The notes: generated by a model not told the origin, from the sequence alone. A DNA stretch of 44,507 bases from a virus (IMGVR_UViG_3300033407_000036:1-44507); one strand, 5' to 3'; positions 8,052 to 16,403 are shown, counted from the first letter of the stretch. Translations and numbers: made by a program.

Positions 8052-8557
8052 CAGGCGGCCTCCTCGCACCGGCCGTAAACCCTGAAGGCGCTCCGAGGAA
8101 AGAACACCATCCCGGCCCAGCCCATCTTCGGGCCTTCGTAGAATCGAGCTCCTTTCGACAGCACGTCGAGCCGTTCGCAGAGAACCAGCCCGTCATCCTC
8201 CTCGACCACGAACAGCCACACCGGACATCCGCTGATCGCCTGCACCTGTTGATAGTGCTCGTAATGGCGTTTGCTGATGCCGTGCTCTAACCGGCCGGTT
8301 TTTCTGTGCAGTGTAGCGGCGCCTTTGGTCTTAACCTCCACCCAATAGCGCGAACCATTCTTGCTCACGTCCAAGTCTGGCAGCACGTAGGATACGCGCG
8401 CCCCCTCCATCTTCGGGGCCTTGTTGCCGTCCTCGCCGGCATAGTCGTAACTCGGCACCACGAAGCAGCCGCGCTCCTGAACCATCGTGGCAACGACCCG
8501 CTCCCCAGAGCGGCCGCGCAGAAAATTGTCACTCGCGCGGAAAGCGGCGTCAGACAT
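8051..8557 (-). CDS. PD-(D/E)XK nuclease-fold protein
   Basis: GRSGERVVA...LPDLDV...WVEVKTK pattern. Confidence 0.7.
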   Translation of the reverse strand: MSDAAFRASDNFLRGRSGERVVATMVQERGCFVVPSYDYAGEDGNKAPKMEGARVSYVLPDLDVSKNGSRYWVEVKTKGAATLHRKTGRLEHGISKRHYEHYQQVQAISGCPVWLFVVEEDDGLVLCERLDVLSKGARFYEGPKMGWAGMVFFPRSAFRVYGRCEEAA

Positions 8558-9460
8558 CTAAGCCTCGCCGCGCCACGGAAAGGCAACAAACCCGATCTTG
8601 CTGAACCGCTCCGCAAAGGCGGCAGCGTCGGTGCCGAAGTAGAAGAACGCCTGCCCCTGCGTCGGAGCGGCGACGGCCCCGCTATCATCATAGAACTTCA
8701 CCCTGCCCCTGGTGAAGCAGATGGCGTCAGCTACGGCCGCGGCGCCGTGAAACCATGACGTGTCGGTGTAGTTGTGGGTAAGCATGACGCCGGCAGAGAC
8801 GCGGCCAGACAGCCGCTCGTCCACCATCTTGTTGACGAACTCGGCTATGAGCGGCTGCGCATACGGAGGGTTGAGCCAAACACGACCGTTCCACTCCTGC
8901 CGAAGCCCGTCCGTGTCTTTGGTGAAGAAGGCACCGGCCTTAACTACGGCCTGCGCCGCCTCGCTGGAGGCGGGGTCCAAGTCGATGCCGCCCATCACCT
9001 CCCGGGCGGCTTCAACCAAGTTGCTGGGTGTGTACCACTCGTTTTCGCCGGTTCCGCTGGCGCCGCGGAGGTCCGTCTGGCCCTTTTCGGCCATGGCCTT
9101 TCGCCATGCGGCGCCGAACAGAACGGTCCGGTACTTCTCGCGGTCCTGTAGGCGCTTTCCCCATTTGGAGACCTGCTGATGAGTTATGCCGGTTGAGTTT
9201 TCGGCATCCTCCACGAAATAGCCACGACCTGCGCTATTTGCCCTTTCGCCCCTGCCGCGGACATTTTCCTTCCACCATCGGACGAACTCGGCCTGTTCCT
9301 CCATCTTGGCCTCAACTGCCTGTTCAAGCAGAGGCCAATCATGGATGCGCCTCGCAAAGTCGATGAGCGCATCGGCTTTCGCGTCGTTCTCTTTGACGAG
9401 CGACGGCTCAAAAGTAGAGACCGAACGCCCGGTTTGTGCTATTGAAACAGGCACATTCAC
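8558..9460 (-). CDS. Phage Dam-like DNA N6-adenine methyltransferase with an N-terminal extension
   Basis: NEWYTP, IDLDPAS, DGLRQEW and VWLNPPY motifs; about 135-aa helical/HTH-like N-terminus. Confidence 0.88.
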   Translation of the reverse strand: MNVPVSIAQTGRSVSTFEPSLVKENDAKADALIDFARRIHDWPLLEQAVEAKMEEQAEFVRWWKENVRGRGERANSAGRGYFVEDAENSTGITHQQVSKWGKRLQDREKYRTVLFGAAWRKAMAEKGQTDLRGASGTGENEWYTPSNLVEAAREVMGGIDLDPASSEAAQAVVKAGAFFTKDTDGLRQEWNGRVWLNPPYAQPLIAEFVNKMVDERLSGRVSAGVMLTHNYTDTSWFHGAAAVADAICFTRGRVKFYDDSGAVAAPTQGQAFFYFGTDAAAFAERFSKIGFVAFPWRGEA

Positions 9461-9831
9461 TTCAGCCGCGCCTTCCGAATCTTCGCAGCCAGAGCCGAAG
9501 CTTCAGCCGCCAAATCCTGAAAATCATCTGCGTCACCCTTGGCCGCCTCGACCGTGAGTTCGTGCTCCAGGTTCCGCAGTTCCCGCTCGCAAAAATGGAG
9601 GTAGGCGTTGCGGACTTGCTGGAAGACATGAACTGCGACGGTCTTGGGGCGACGATATCGAAAACCCCAAATTGTCCAGTAATTGATGCCCGTCTTGGCC
9701 TCCAGGCGGCGCATCGCATCTTCAACGTCGCCCGGCCCGGTAGCTTCACGCTTCACCATCCGGTCGCAGTATTCCGCAGCCAGATCGACGCTACTCATTT
9801 GCTCGAACTCCAAACGCGGCTTGAGCGACAT
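9457..9831 (-). CDS. CII-like DNA-binding regulator
   Basis: GPGDVEDAMRRLEAKTGINYWTIWGFRYRRPK HTH-like segment; position downstream of cro. Confidence 0.6.
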   Translation of the reverse strand: MSLKPRLEFEQMSSVDLAAEYCDRMVKREATGPGDVEDAMRRLEAKTGINYWTIWGFRYRRPKTVAVHVFQQVRNAYLHFCERELRNLEHELTVEAAKGDADDFQDLAAEASALAAKIRKARLK

Positions 9832-9849
9832 GCAACTTCTCCTCGTCCA

Positions 9850-10290
9850 TGTTCCGGGACGAAGAGAGCCCCTGACCCGGTGTGCTTGCCGGCTCGAACG
9901 GGTGGGGCGAGGCTTTGGAAACTGGTCGGGCAGCGAGACGACGCGCGCGCCTGGCTGGGTTTGGGACGGAGGACGGCAAAGCGCCCGCGGGAGGTCCGTT
10001 CCGCTGCCCGAGAGGTGGAGAATTCGATGGCTTCGCTTCCTTGACGGGTTCGATGACACGGCACCTGGCAGCGCCGCCGGCCGGACCCGCCTGACCGTTG
10101 GTGAGAACAGAGGAAGCGCGTGGTACCCGGCCCGCCATCCTGGGCCCCGGGGGAATTGTCCGGCCGTTGCGAATAGGTGACGGCGAGTGCCGGGTGAGGA
10201 ACAGCACTCGCCGTCTGACGCCACCAGAGCGATGGCGCCGGCCCGCCGCCGGGGGGTGAGGAGCGGCGAGAGAAATGGGGATGATGGATG
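9850..10290 (-). ncRNA. Putative structured leader or sRNA with anti-SD-like hairpin loops
   Basis: About 450 bp without a convincing ORF. Stems at 10179-90/10204-15 (12 bp), 10244-49/10263-68 and 9926-35/10002-11. The first two loops read UCCUCACCC on the minus strand. Confidence 0.45.
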
Positions 10291-10293
10291 AAG

Positions 10294-10935
10294 TCATGCG
10301 GCGGCCCGTACCCGGTCAGGCCGGTTCGCTTCGAAGACGGCGCGGGCGAAGCCGCGGGGCGTTTCAGCCCGGGTGTCCGCGCGATCGTCGGATGGGGTTG
10401 CCTTGTGGATGCGGTCGTCGGGCGGGTCCAGGTGGAGCGCAAGGCGCCGCGCCGGCATGACGAAGCCGTTGCCGGTCCACAGACAGGTCCGCTTGGTGTA
10501 GTTGTCGTCCGCGCACCAGCCGGCATACTCGAAGGGATGGAAGGTATGGTCGGCCTCGCCCATGTGCTTCGCGAGAGCGCCGACCGGGTTCTCGACCATG
10601 TACGGGGCGCCGGACCACGCCGCGGCCATCCGGCAGGCGGCGAAAAGCTCAAGGGCATCGGAGAGAAGGAAAAGGCCCTTCTTCTGCCAGTCCCGGGCGC
10701 CAGAACCCGCTACGTCGGTGCATGGCGGCTCTGCCGAGACGAAGGCGATATCGATGCCTTCCGGCGGGCACCAGGAGCGGGCGTCGCCCCAGACGAAATG
10801 AATGTTGCCCTCGACCCGGTCCTTCCGGATGGAGTGCTGCACGTCCACGCAGAAGCAGCGGTAGCCAGCTTCGGCCCAAGGCTCGGCCATCCGGCCGGAG
10901 CGGTGGCAAAGGAAGATGGCTGCTCCCCCGGACAT
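10294..10935 (-). CDS. Phage Dcm-like DNA cytosine methyltransferase
   Basis: PPCT catalytic motif, MVENPVG, and YTKRTCLW...RAETP motifs. Confidence 0.8.
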   Translation of the reverse strand: MSGGAAIFLCHRSGRMAEPWAEAGYRCFCVDVQHSIRKDRVEGNIHFVWGDARSWCPPEGIDIAFVSAEPPCTDVAGSGARDWQKKGLFLLSDALELFAACRMAAAWSGAPYMVENPVGALAKHMGEADHTFHPFEYAGWCADDNYTKRTCLWTGNGFVMPARRLALHLDPPDDRIHKATPSDDRADTRAETPRGFARAVFEANRPDRVRAAA

Positions 10936-11096
10936 GGCTAGGCTGCTGCCCCTTCTGCGGGCGCGCCTCGGTAACGGCTCACCTCCGGTTGCACCGAAAC
11001 GTGACCGTCAACTGTCCGAAAGCAGGGGTCTCTTTCAGCGCATCCCCGGTACGCTAGATGCAGAGGACATGGGGCGTGTCTTAGGGGACTTGACTT

Positions 11097-11366
11097 GTGG
11101 GCAGCGGCAAGAGGCCTGCCGCGCCGCCGATTGTGGAACCGATTGCGGTTGCGGATACCATCGCGAATGGCGTGAGCGTTTACGACGACGGACTGATTAC
11201 CTGGATGACCTTCTGGGCCGAGCGCGTGGCGGCGCTGGGAAGAGAGCCCGAGCGCGTCGTCACCTCGAAAGTCTGCGTGCCGAGCGCGCAGTACCCGAAG
11301 CTGTTGCGGATGCTGGGGGCGCTGCCCCCGGTCACCTACATCGGAGACGGTGGCGGGATGCAGTGA
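11097..11366 (+). CDS. Hypothetical protein, antisense to the early-right operon and converging on cro
   Basis: AGGGG RBS before GTG; globular-looking composition; stop 2 nt from the cro stop. Confidence 0.6.
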   Translation: MGSGKRPAAPPIVEPIAVADTIANGVSVYDDGLITWMTFWAERVAALGREPERVVTSKVCVPSAQYPKLLRMLGALPPVTYIGDGGGMQ

Positions 11367-11368
11367 GG

Positions 11369-11599
11369 TCATCCGGCCCGCGCCTCGACCAAGACGGCCC
11401 CGATGTCGCTCCTGCTCAGGAACTCCTCGACGGGAACCTGACCGCGGGTCAGCTTGCTCAGTGCAACTGCCGTAGCGAGGCTGGCGCGGCGCTTCCGGTT
11501 GCGGATGTGGGTGATGGTCGTGCGATCGAGCCCGACCTGAGCGGCGATCCACTCATCGGTGCGCGTCTTCGCTTTGTCGGCCCATTCGTTCAGCGTCAT
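11369..11599 (-). CDS. cro: Cro-like HTH repressor
   Basis: IAAQVGLDRTTITHIRNRKRRAS...GQVPVEEF; divergent from cI; appears leaderless. Confidence 0.85.
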   Translation of the reverse strand: MTLNEWADKAKTRTDEWIAAQVGLDRTTITHIRNRKRRASLATAVALSKLTRGQVPVEEFLSRSDIGAVLVEARAG

Positions 11600-11606
11600 G
11601 GCGGCT

Positions 11607-11658
11607 AATGTGGATTACATCCACTGTGGATGTCAAGCACGATGTGGATGCCACGCGC
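11607..11658. promoter_or_regulatory. OR/PR: operators GTGGAT-N3-ATCCAC and the cro promoter
   Basis: Perfect site at 11610-24 and degenerate sites at 11626-40 and 11644-58. Minus-strand TTGACA (11636-31)-N18-CACATT (11612-07). Confidence 0.85.
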
Positions 11659-11691
11659 TAGACTCCTGATCGGCGGTTCCGAGAATCCGCC

Positions 11692-12027
11692 ATGCCCGCA
11701 AAAGCCCACCAAAAGCGCGAATACCGCCGCCACTTCTTTCGCGAATGGCGCGAGTTCAGTGACCTTTCTCAGGAGCAGGCAGCCGAGCGGCTGGACTTAA
11801 GCCGGTCCCAGCTATCGAAGATCGAGAGTATGCAAAGCCCTTACAAACAGGGGCTTTTGGAAGCGGCAGCAGAGGTTTACGGCTGCGAGCCGTGGGACAT
11901 TCTGAACCGGAACCCGCTTCTGCCTGACGCGCCGCGGTCGATCCTGGATACGCTGGAACAGACCCCGCCTGACCAGCGCCAAGAGATCATCAACTACATA
12001 GAGTTCCTGCGGACTAAGGCCGGCTGA
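11692..12027 (+). CDS. cI: CI-like XRE repressor lacking an S24 peptidase domain
   Basis: FFREWREFSDLSQEQAAERLDLSRSQLSKIES HTH; 111 aa; flanked by operator clusters. Confidence 0.88.
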   Translation: MPAKAHQKREYRRHFFREWREFSDLSQEQAAERLDLSRSQLSKIESMQSPYKQGLLEAAAEVYGCEPWDILNRNPLLPDAPRSILDTLEQTPPDQRQEIINYIEFLRTKAG

Positions 12028-12038
12028 GCCGCTTTCGG

Positions 12039-12089
12039 GTGGATCACATCCACTTTGCTGTTGACACCGACGTGGATGTCATCCACATT
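12039..12089 (+). promoter_or_regulatory. OL/PL: two perfect operators and the early-left promoter
   Basis: GTGGATcacATCCAC at 12039-53 and GTGGATgtcATCCAC at 12072-86. TTGACA (12061-66)-N17-CACATT (12084-89). Confidence 0.88.
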
Positions 12090-12124
12090 GGGTCCATCGG
12101 AAACGCCGATGGAGGACAGCCCCG

Positions 12125-12364
12125 ATGCAGATCCGCCCCGCCTTTCAGCCGCCCGCAGGCGTAGCCGCCGACCTCGCCGCCCGCATGGCCGAGGCAGCCG
12201 CTCAGAAGTGGTGCTTTGTCACCGGAGACGGTCGGTCCTTCTTCGTCGATGAAGCTAGGGCCAGCCGCCTGCTCGACCGCGACCCGGACGGCACCGTGTT
12301 TCCGCCGAAGCCGACCGTCCGCTCGATGCTCTCCGCCTCCCTTCTCTTGAATGAGGAGGGGTGA
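12125..12364 (+). CDS. Hypothetical protein (first PL gene)
   Basis: GGAGG RBS; directly downstream of PL. Confidence 0.7.
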   Translation: MQIRPAFQPPAGVAADLAARMAEAAAQKWCFVTGDGRSFFVDEARASRLLDRDPDGTVFPPKPTVRSMLSASLLLNEEG

Positions 12365-12365
12365 G

Positions 12366-12566
12366 ATGGAGACCCCGAAGCTCAATCCTGACGCACTGCA
12401 AGACATCTACGAGGCGCTACGAGCGGCGGCGGTTACCTTCGCGGCCACGTTCGTCGACGCCGATGGCGATCCGGACAACGCTGCCAGTTGGGACAGTCCC
12501 GAATTCTTCGGTGCCTACACGCGGATGCGCCGCGCCCTCGCCAAAGCCCGCGGGGAGGCTTCCTGA
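12366..12566 (+). CDS. Hypothetical protein
   Basis: GAGGAGG RBS; C-terminal ALAKARGE motif common in phage proteins. Confidence 0.7.
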   Translation: METPKLNPDALQDIYEALRAAAVTFAATFVDADGDPDNAASWDSPEFFGAYTRMRRALAKARGEAS

Positions 12567-12889
12567 TGGACCGCCGCGCCTCCTACGCCGCTGCCGGTGC
12601 CGCGCTCGCCCGCGCCCTGTCCGCAGGGCCGCATTCCCTCGTCAGGAAGGCTCAGGAGCGCCATCCCTGCCGGGCCTGTCACGGAACCGGCAGTGTTCTT
12701 GAGTTCCCACACATTGACGCCAGCCCCATTCCGATCCGCTGCGCCGAGTGCAACGGCACCGGCGAGGCTGACGAAGACGACTTCGGCCCTCCGATCATCG
12801 AGGACGACCCTCCAGGCTGGGATGATCCGGACGTCAACCGCTACGGCGACGAGGAAAGCGTGGCTGACGGCTTTGAGGAGCAGTGGTGA
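12566..12889 (+). CDS. Hypothetical protein with DnaJ-type CxxCxGxG repeats
   Basis: CRACHGTG and CAECNGTG; acidic tail. Confidence 0.7.
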   Translation: MDRRASYAAAGAALARALSAGPHSLVRKAQERHPCRACHGTGSVLEFPHIDASPIPIRCAECNGTGEADEDDFGPPIIEDDPPGWDDPDVNRYGDEESVADGFEEQW

Positions 12890-13206
12890 TGCCGACCATC
12901 GAAGAACTCCGGCGCATAGCCGCTGAGGCCCGAGCCGCCGCGAACGCAGCCGAGAAGGCTCTCCAGGACGCGCTCAATGAAGCCGCACCTTTCCGTGTCG
13001 GGCAGATAGTGCGCTCAGGCTACGAGTACCAAACTAACGATGTCTTCCGCATCGACTGGCTGCGCGCATCGGGGAATTACATCGAAGTCCGCGGATGCAG
13101 GCTGCTGAAAGACGGCACCTTCGGGAAGCAGTCCCGGTACGTCTACAGCCCCATCGCCATCACCGACGAAGAGATCGCCGCCCTCAACATCAAAGGGGGC
13201 CTGTGA
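12889..13206 (+). CDS. Hypothetical protein
   Basis: Coupled ORF with RBS. Confidence 0.7.
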   Translation: MPTIEELRRIAAEARAAANAAEKALQDALNEAAPFRVGQIVRSGYEYQTNDVFRIDWLRASGNYIEVRGCRLLKDGTFGKQSRYVYSPIAITDEEIAALNIKGGL

Positions 13207-13316
13207 TGGAACGCCGCGTCTGGCAGGCCCGCTATGAGCGGTTCTTCGTCGCCTGGATCGTCCTCGCTGCCGTTGGTGTTGCTGCCATCGGCTACGCCGT
13301 CAGGAGTTTGCCATGA
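13206..13316 (+). CDS. Small membrane peptide
   Basis: MERRVWQARYERFFVAWIVLAAVGVAAIGYAVRSLP; coupled. Confidence 0.5.
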   Translation: MERRVWQARYERFFVAWIVLAAVGVAAIGYAVRSLP

Positions 13317-13486
13317 ACGAAGACAGGCTGGTGACCGTCTGCGACCGCTGCCTCCAAGCCTCGTGCTGGCAGGGCGAGTTCTACTGCGACGAGTACAAGA
13401 CCGCCGGCACCGTCGAGAAGCCGATTAGCGAGCTTCGCGCTCTTGCTCTGGAGCATCCGAGTTACTGGCAGGAGAAGGCGTCATGA
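13313..13486 (+). CDS. Cys-rich hypothetical protein (57 aa)
   Basis: Translated by hand: MNEDRLVTVCDRCLQASCWQGEFYCDEYK...EHPSYW; ATGA overlaps at both ends. Confidence 0.65.
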   Translation: MNEDRLVTVCDRCLQASCWQGEFYCDEYKTAGTVEKPISELRALALEHPSYWQEKAS

Positions 13487-13677
13487 CCGACGAGCGGAAC
13501 GACCCCACCGCCTCCACCATTCACGTCATCAACCGCGAGGCGCCCGAACTCAAGCGCCTCTGCCGGACACCGGCCGGGATGGCCACGGCAGCGGAAATGC
13601 AGATCGACATCATGGAGGCCTACCAGGCCCTCGGGGATGTCCTCTCCCTCATCGAAGCAGAAAGGGTGGCGGCGTGA
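13483..13677 (+). CDS. Hypothetical protein
   Basis: Coupled ORF. Confidence 0.65.
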   Translation: MTDERNDPTASTIHVINREAPELKRLCRTPAGMATAAEMQIDIMEAYQALGDVLSLIEAERVAA

Positions 13678-13922
13678 TGGACGACCAGCCCGAAGTCATT
13701 CGTTCATGCCCGGAGTGCCGGGGCGCGGCCTACTTCTACAAACACCACCCAGCAACGTGGGATGACCCCGGTTACGAAGAGTCATTCGCTTGCAACGAGT
13801 GCGGGGGCTTGGGTTACGAGTTCTCCGATGACTATGCCGCCGCCAGCCGAGACGCTGAAGAACGGCTAGACGACGAGGACTACGACAACGGCTATCTCGC
13901 GCCGCTTATGGTGGCGGCATGA
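13677..13922 (+). CDS. Hypothetical protein with CxxCxG motifs
   Basis: CPECRG and CNECGGLG. Confidence 0.65.
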   Translation: MDDQPEVIRSCPECRGAAYFYKHHPATWDDPGYEESFACNECGGLGYEFSDDYAAASRDAEERLDDEDYDNGYLAPLMVAA

Positions 13923-14140
13923 GCGAGACCCGCACTGCCATCGCTCAGGCGCAGGCCATTATCGATTCCTTGCTCCAATCAGCGGGCGACTTCGCCGGCC
14001 TGCCGGACAGTCACCTACTCGAATTGGTGTGGGCCGACGAGCCAACCTTCGACCCTGACGAGCCTACTCGATACATCACCCTCGGGGAGCTTCGCAGGGC
14101 GGCTGATGCTCTCGCCAAGGTCAGCGGAGACCAGCCATGA
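13919..14140 (+). CDS. Hypothetical protein
   Basis: Coupled ORF; ITLGELRRA motif. Confidence 0.65.
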   Translation: MSETRTAIAQAQAIIDSLLQSAGDFAGLPDSHLLELVWADEPTFDPDEPTRYITLGELRRAADALAKVSGDQP

Positions 14141-14646
14141 ACCTCCCCCTGCCGAGCACCCTCGCCGCCGACTGGCGCGCCACCATCAAGAGCCTCCGGG
14201 AGCAATTCCCTGATGCTGACGACCAGACATTGTTCGACACTTGCGACGGGCTGACCGACGCGGCCGATGCGGTCGCCGCCATGGTGCGGCAGGCTTTGGA
14301 ATTGGAAGCGATGGACGAAGCCAACCGGCAGCTTGCGGACATGTACTCGCGGCGCCGTCTTCTTCTGTCACTCCGAGCTCACGGCCTCCGCAATGCAGCC
14401 CTCCGTCTGCTGGAGGACATGGGCGAGAAGACCCTTCGCAGGCCCGAGTTCACGTTGAGCGTATCGCACCGGAAGGGCCGGGTCGAGGTCTATGACGAGG
14501 AGAGCCTGCCCGAGGAGTTCTTCGACTGCCGCACGGTTCGGAGCGTCAACCGGGAGAGGCTGACCGCCGCCGCCGAGCGCGGGGAGTTGCCCAGCGGGGT
14601 GCGACTTACCAACGGTAGCACATCCCTCACAGTCAGGAGCCGCTGA
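14137..14646 (+). CDS. Siphovirus Gp157-like protein
   Basis: DDQTLFDTCDG, a coiled coil, PEFTLSV, DEESLPEEF and GVRLTNG...LTVR; typical neighbour of recombinases. Confidence 0.8.
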   Translation: MNLPLPSTLAADWRATIKSLREQFPDADDQTLFDTCDGLTDAADAVAAMVRQALELEAMDEANRQLADMYSRRRLLLSLRAHGLRNAALRLLEDMGEKTLRRPEFTLSVSHRKGRVEVYDEESLPEEFFDCRTVRSVNRERLTAAAERGELPSGVRLTNGSTSLTVRSR

Positions 14647-14861
14647 TGCTCACGGGAGCGGTCATGGTCCACGAGATTTGGTCAGAACTTCCCGATACGG
14701 AGCTGGTCGCGGTCTGTCGCTACCTGTCCGATGCGGAAGCGTTGGTCGCAGTGAAACTCGACAGCGCCGGCTCTGGCTCGCTGCGGAGCTACGTCATTAC
14801 CGAAGCGAGCACCGGCAAGCAGTTCGTGCGCCGCCCAGGCCGCGTGGAGAAGGCAGCATGA
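14646..14861 (+). CDS. Hypothetical protein
   Basis: Coupled ORF. Confidence 0.6.
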   Translation: MLTGAVMVHEIWSELPDTELVAVCRYLSDAEALVAVKLDSAGSGSLRSYVITEASTGKQFVRRPGRVEKAA

Positions 14862-15145
14862 CCATCTCCCACTCAGACACCATCACCAAGATCATGGGCG
14901 ACGATGACGAAGACGGCCTTTCGTCTGAGGAGATCGAAGCCGGCTGGCGCGAACGCGGCTGGACGCAAATCCGCTGCGGTCACTGTGGCGGGCACGGTCT
15001 CCGGGCCGACTACGGCAACGGGGAGGACTTCTACGGCCCGAAGTCCTGCGACGAATGCAACGAGAGCGGCTTCCTCTGGAGGTCTGCGAAGGGCGTCCTC
15101 GCACTGTACCCCGGCGGCCCGTTCCGGGGAAGGGATACTGTCTGA
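14858..15145 (+). CDS. Hypothetical zinc-binding protein
   Basis: CGHCGGHG, CDECNESG and LALYPGGPFRG. Confidence 0.7.
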   Translation: MTISHSDTITKIMGDDDEDGLSSEEIEAGWRERGWTQIRCGHCGGHGLRADYGNGEDFYGPKSCDECNESGFLWRSAKGVLALYPGGPFRGRDTV

Positions 15146-15960
15146 TGGCATTCGCTCCCGAGCAAATCACCGAACTGGCCGCGCTTCTCAGCGCCGGGGC
15201 GGTCAAGCAGCGCAAGCAGGCGGGCCGCCAGCTATCCTACATCGAAGGCTGGCACGCCATCGCCGAGGCAAACCGCATCTTCGGCTTCGACGGCTGGACC
15301 CGCGAGACGGGCGAGTGCCGCATGGTGGCAGAGCGGCCGCGGAAGATCGGTGCCGAGCCGAACATCCGCGACGGCTGGTGCGTCTCCTACGTCGCCCGCG
15401 TCAAGGTCGTGGTCTTTGCCGGCGACAGCCTCGTCACCCGCGAGGGCATCGGCGCCGGGCACGGCATCGACGTTGACCTCGGCCTCGCCCACGAGAGCGC
15501 GGTGAAGGAAGCCGAAACGGACGCGATGAAGCGCGCCCTGATGACGTTCGGCAATCCCTTCGGGCTGGCGCTCTACGACAAGACGCAGGAAGGCGTCGAG
15601 GCGCAGCCCGGTCGGGCGGCTGGTGGCCATGCCCGCGCAGCCGCTCTTCCTCCAGAGCGCCGCGCCGAGATCGCCAGCAACGCCGCCAAGGCCCGCTGGG
15701 ACGGGCAGGAGCCCCGCCCCGCATCCTCACAGCCCCCGAGGCAGGAAGCCCGTCCTGAGAAGGATATGGCGTCCCCTGACGGCATCCGGGTGCGGATGCT
15801 CGCCGCTATCGGCAAATGCCAGTCTCACGAGGAAATGGAGACGCTGACGGAAGGCAGGGCGTGGAAGGAGGCATTCGAGCCGCTCCCCGAGCCTCACAAG
15901 GTTACCATCCGGGCTGCCATCACCAAGCGGTTCGACGACCTCACGAGGATGCCCGCCTGA
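15145..15960 (+). CDS. Rad52/Rad22-family (Sak-like) single-strand annealing protein
   Basis: LSYIEGWHAIAEANRIFGFDGW and HESAVKEAETDAMKRALMTFGNPFGLALYD. Confidence 0.92.
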   Translation: MAFAPEQITELAALLSAGAVKQRKQAGRQLSYIEGWHAIAEANRIFGFDGWTRETGECRMVAERPRKIGAEPNIRDGWCVSYVARVKVVVFAGDSLVTREGIGAGHGIDVDLGLAHESAVKEAETDAMKRALMTFGNPFGLALYDKTQEGVEAQPGRAAGGHARAAALPPERRAEIASNAAKARWDGQEPRPASSQPPRQEARPEKDMASPDGIRVRMLAAIGKCQSHEEMETLTEGRAWKEAFEPLPEPHKVTIRAAITKRFDDLTRMPA

Positions 15961-16403
15961 TGGTTTCCCGCATCATCCGCAATGACTCCGACCTGAGCCT
16001 CCTGGTCCGCTTCCTCAGGCTTCAGAAGCGCCCCTTCACCGTGGACATTACCAAGGGGAAGCACCGGACGGTAGAACAGAACCGCCTGCAGCGCCTCTGG
16101 CTCAACGAGATCGCCGAGCAGTTGGGCGACAACACCCCGGAGGAAGTCCGTGGCTACTGCAAGCTCACGATGGGCGTTCCGATCCTCCGGGCCGAGAGCG
16201 AGGCCTTCCGCGCCCGCTATGACGCCGTGGTGAAGCCCCTCGGCTATGAGCAAAAGCTGGCCCTGATGATGGAGCCGCTGGACCTGCCGGTTACCCGGCT
16301 CATGAGCACCGAGCAGAAAACCCGCTACCTCGACGCCATTGTCCGTCACTTCGGCGAGCAGGGCGTCCGCCTCACCCAGCCGCCGCACAGGTGGGCGGCA
16401 TGA
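15960..16403 (+). CDS. NinB/Orf-like recombination accessory protein
   Basis: RTVEQNRLQRLWLNEIAEQ and TRLMSTEQKTRYLDAI...GVRL. Confidence 0.75.
   Translation: MVSRIIRNDSDLSLLVRFLRLQKRPFTVDITKGKHRTVEQNRLQRLWLNEIAEQLGDNTPEEVRGYCKLTMGVPILRAESEAFRARYDAVVKPLGYEQKLALMMEPLDLPVTRLMSTEQKTRYLDAIVRHFGEQGVRLTQPPHRWAA

Noticed and set aside
9832-10297. ORFs 9791..10297, 9795..10658 and the N-terminal extension of 9457..10224
   Set aside because: Low-complexity Pro/Arg-rich translations. The region is better explained as structured non-coding sequence, although coding cannot be excluded.
11600-12090. GTGGAT/ATCCAC repeats as a mini-CRISPR or iteron array
   Set aside because: They are palindromic sites overlapping divergent promoters around a repressor, which fits operators. 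There are no spacers or cas genes.
14858-14900. N-terminus MTISHSDTITKIM resembles the start of ERF-family recombinases
   Set aside because: Too short to support. The rest of the ORF is an unrelated zinc-binding protein.
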